NCBI GenBank assembly: GCA_963845185.1
Contig: CAWJRG010000009.1
Span: 768,001 to 832,000 of the forward strand
Source of the DNA: an uncultured bacterium
GTDB taxonomy: Bacteria > Oederibacteriota > PGYV01 > CAWJRG01
Length of the DNA stretch: 64,000 nucleotides
Direction: 5' to 3'
Part shown: positions 63,079 to 64,000 of the stretch, piece by piece
Layout of the letters: the number at the start of each line of letters is the position of its first letter
Position numbering within the stretch: position 1 is the first letter of the stretch
The notes under the pieces: model-generated
The model's database searches: none
What the model was told of the DNA's origin: nothing
What the model saw: only the letters and a program-made list of their open reading frames with translations
Position numbers and translations under genes: made by a program

Positions 63079-64000
63079 AGACTGTGTCATAAGTCTCCGT
63101 CCACAGCTGATTGCCGTAGGTAAATTAAAAAATCTACAAAATATCCTGTTTTATACAAAAAACCTGCGTGGCCCGATGTTTCTTGCTATCCAAGCTGCGC
63201 AATCAACTCCCTGACACCTACAATGCTTATCATTCGAGCCATATTGAAACAACTTGTGAACAACGCCATCTCAGCTCTTGCTCCTTCAAGCCCTCGCAGC
63301 AGAAACCCGCTTACTCCAAGATTTCTTTTAATATGTCCGAACGGCAACTCTGCTTTCTCTTTTCTCAACTTGAAAATATCCTGCGATTCTTTTGTTTTAT
63401 ATTTTTCTTCAAGCAATATTTTTAGTTCTTCGTTTTTTAGCCTCTTTATCATTCTGCCCTTCGGAGACCGGGTGCATACTCCAAAGTTTTTACATTCTAT
63501 ACAAGCCTTTTCTTCAGTAGACCTATATACTTCAAGATTCTTTTTTTTATCAAAACTATGCCATGTCAATATCTGTCCTTCGGGACAAGTGTAGGTATCT
63601 TTCTCTGAATCGTATTGGAATTTATCTTTCCCAAACGGCCCGATGTCTTTTTTCTCTACCTGTTCCTGAGAAGGTACTATTACATTTATGTCTTTGTCGT
63701 GTATCTTTTTCATTTCTTCTATGCTGGCATATCCGGCATCCCCACACGCATTTTTGCATTTGTTTTCAACTGTTTTCGCCGCTTCTTCAATCTGACTCCC
63801 GAATTGCTTGCGGTCATTGCTTTCGTTTACTACGTCGCTATGCACTATCAGTCCGTGTCTTTCATCTACCACTATCTGCCCGTTATATCCCGCATGCGTT
63901 CCCTGACGCCCTTTTACTTTCACGCATTCCTTGTCTGTCGTATTTATCGACTTTTTCCCCTCGTTCCTTATTTCTTCCATTACCTCTTTTATCTTTGCTT
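63079..64000 (-). mobile_element. IS1182-family element, 3' part (transposase 63186 to window end)
   Basis: N.TD, GYN.Q, DAGY, F.YD...D.Y.CP.G, C..C....C, R....E.PFG.IK..LG...F.LRG; candidate end AGACTGTGTCATAAGTCT at 63079. Confidence 0.88.

Overview
A 64 kb bacterial chromosome segment, moderately AT-rich, with almost all genes on the minus strand. The organism is a diderm that makes LPS; the gene style suggests a candidate phylum such as Goldiibacteriota, which is inference only. Housekeeping blocks: GH5-tgt-yajC-galT-xseA-xseB-ispA; hflX, an oxidoreductase, lpxB-waaA-lpxK and three GT9 genes; lptD-recG; a TPR gene, ispE and tRNA-Gln; leuS-lptE-holA facing rpsT. Between these lie five large secreted Thr/Pro-linker proteins ending in a YPNP-type Ig-like C-terminal domain reminiscent of T9SS cargo, a PorV-like/OmpA fusion, a katG islet between IS30 and IS1182 pieces, and one group II intron. 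The intron (43169-45074, minus) is the most striking feature. It sits 1 nt after the ATG of a lipoprotein gene, and its candidate EBS1/EBS2 read the start codon and SD spacer. It appears to end in non-canonical ...CACA with a compensating U at gamma. Its domain VI carries its own Shine-Dalgarno and AUG in phase with the 3' exon, so the host gene is translatable spliced or unspliced. Single-base frame breaks in xseA, a GT9 gene, holA, leuS and IS30 suggest residual indel errors in the assembly. All calls are by eye; no searches or folding programs were run.
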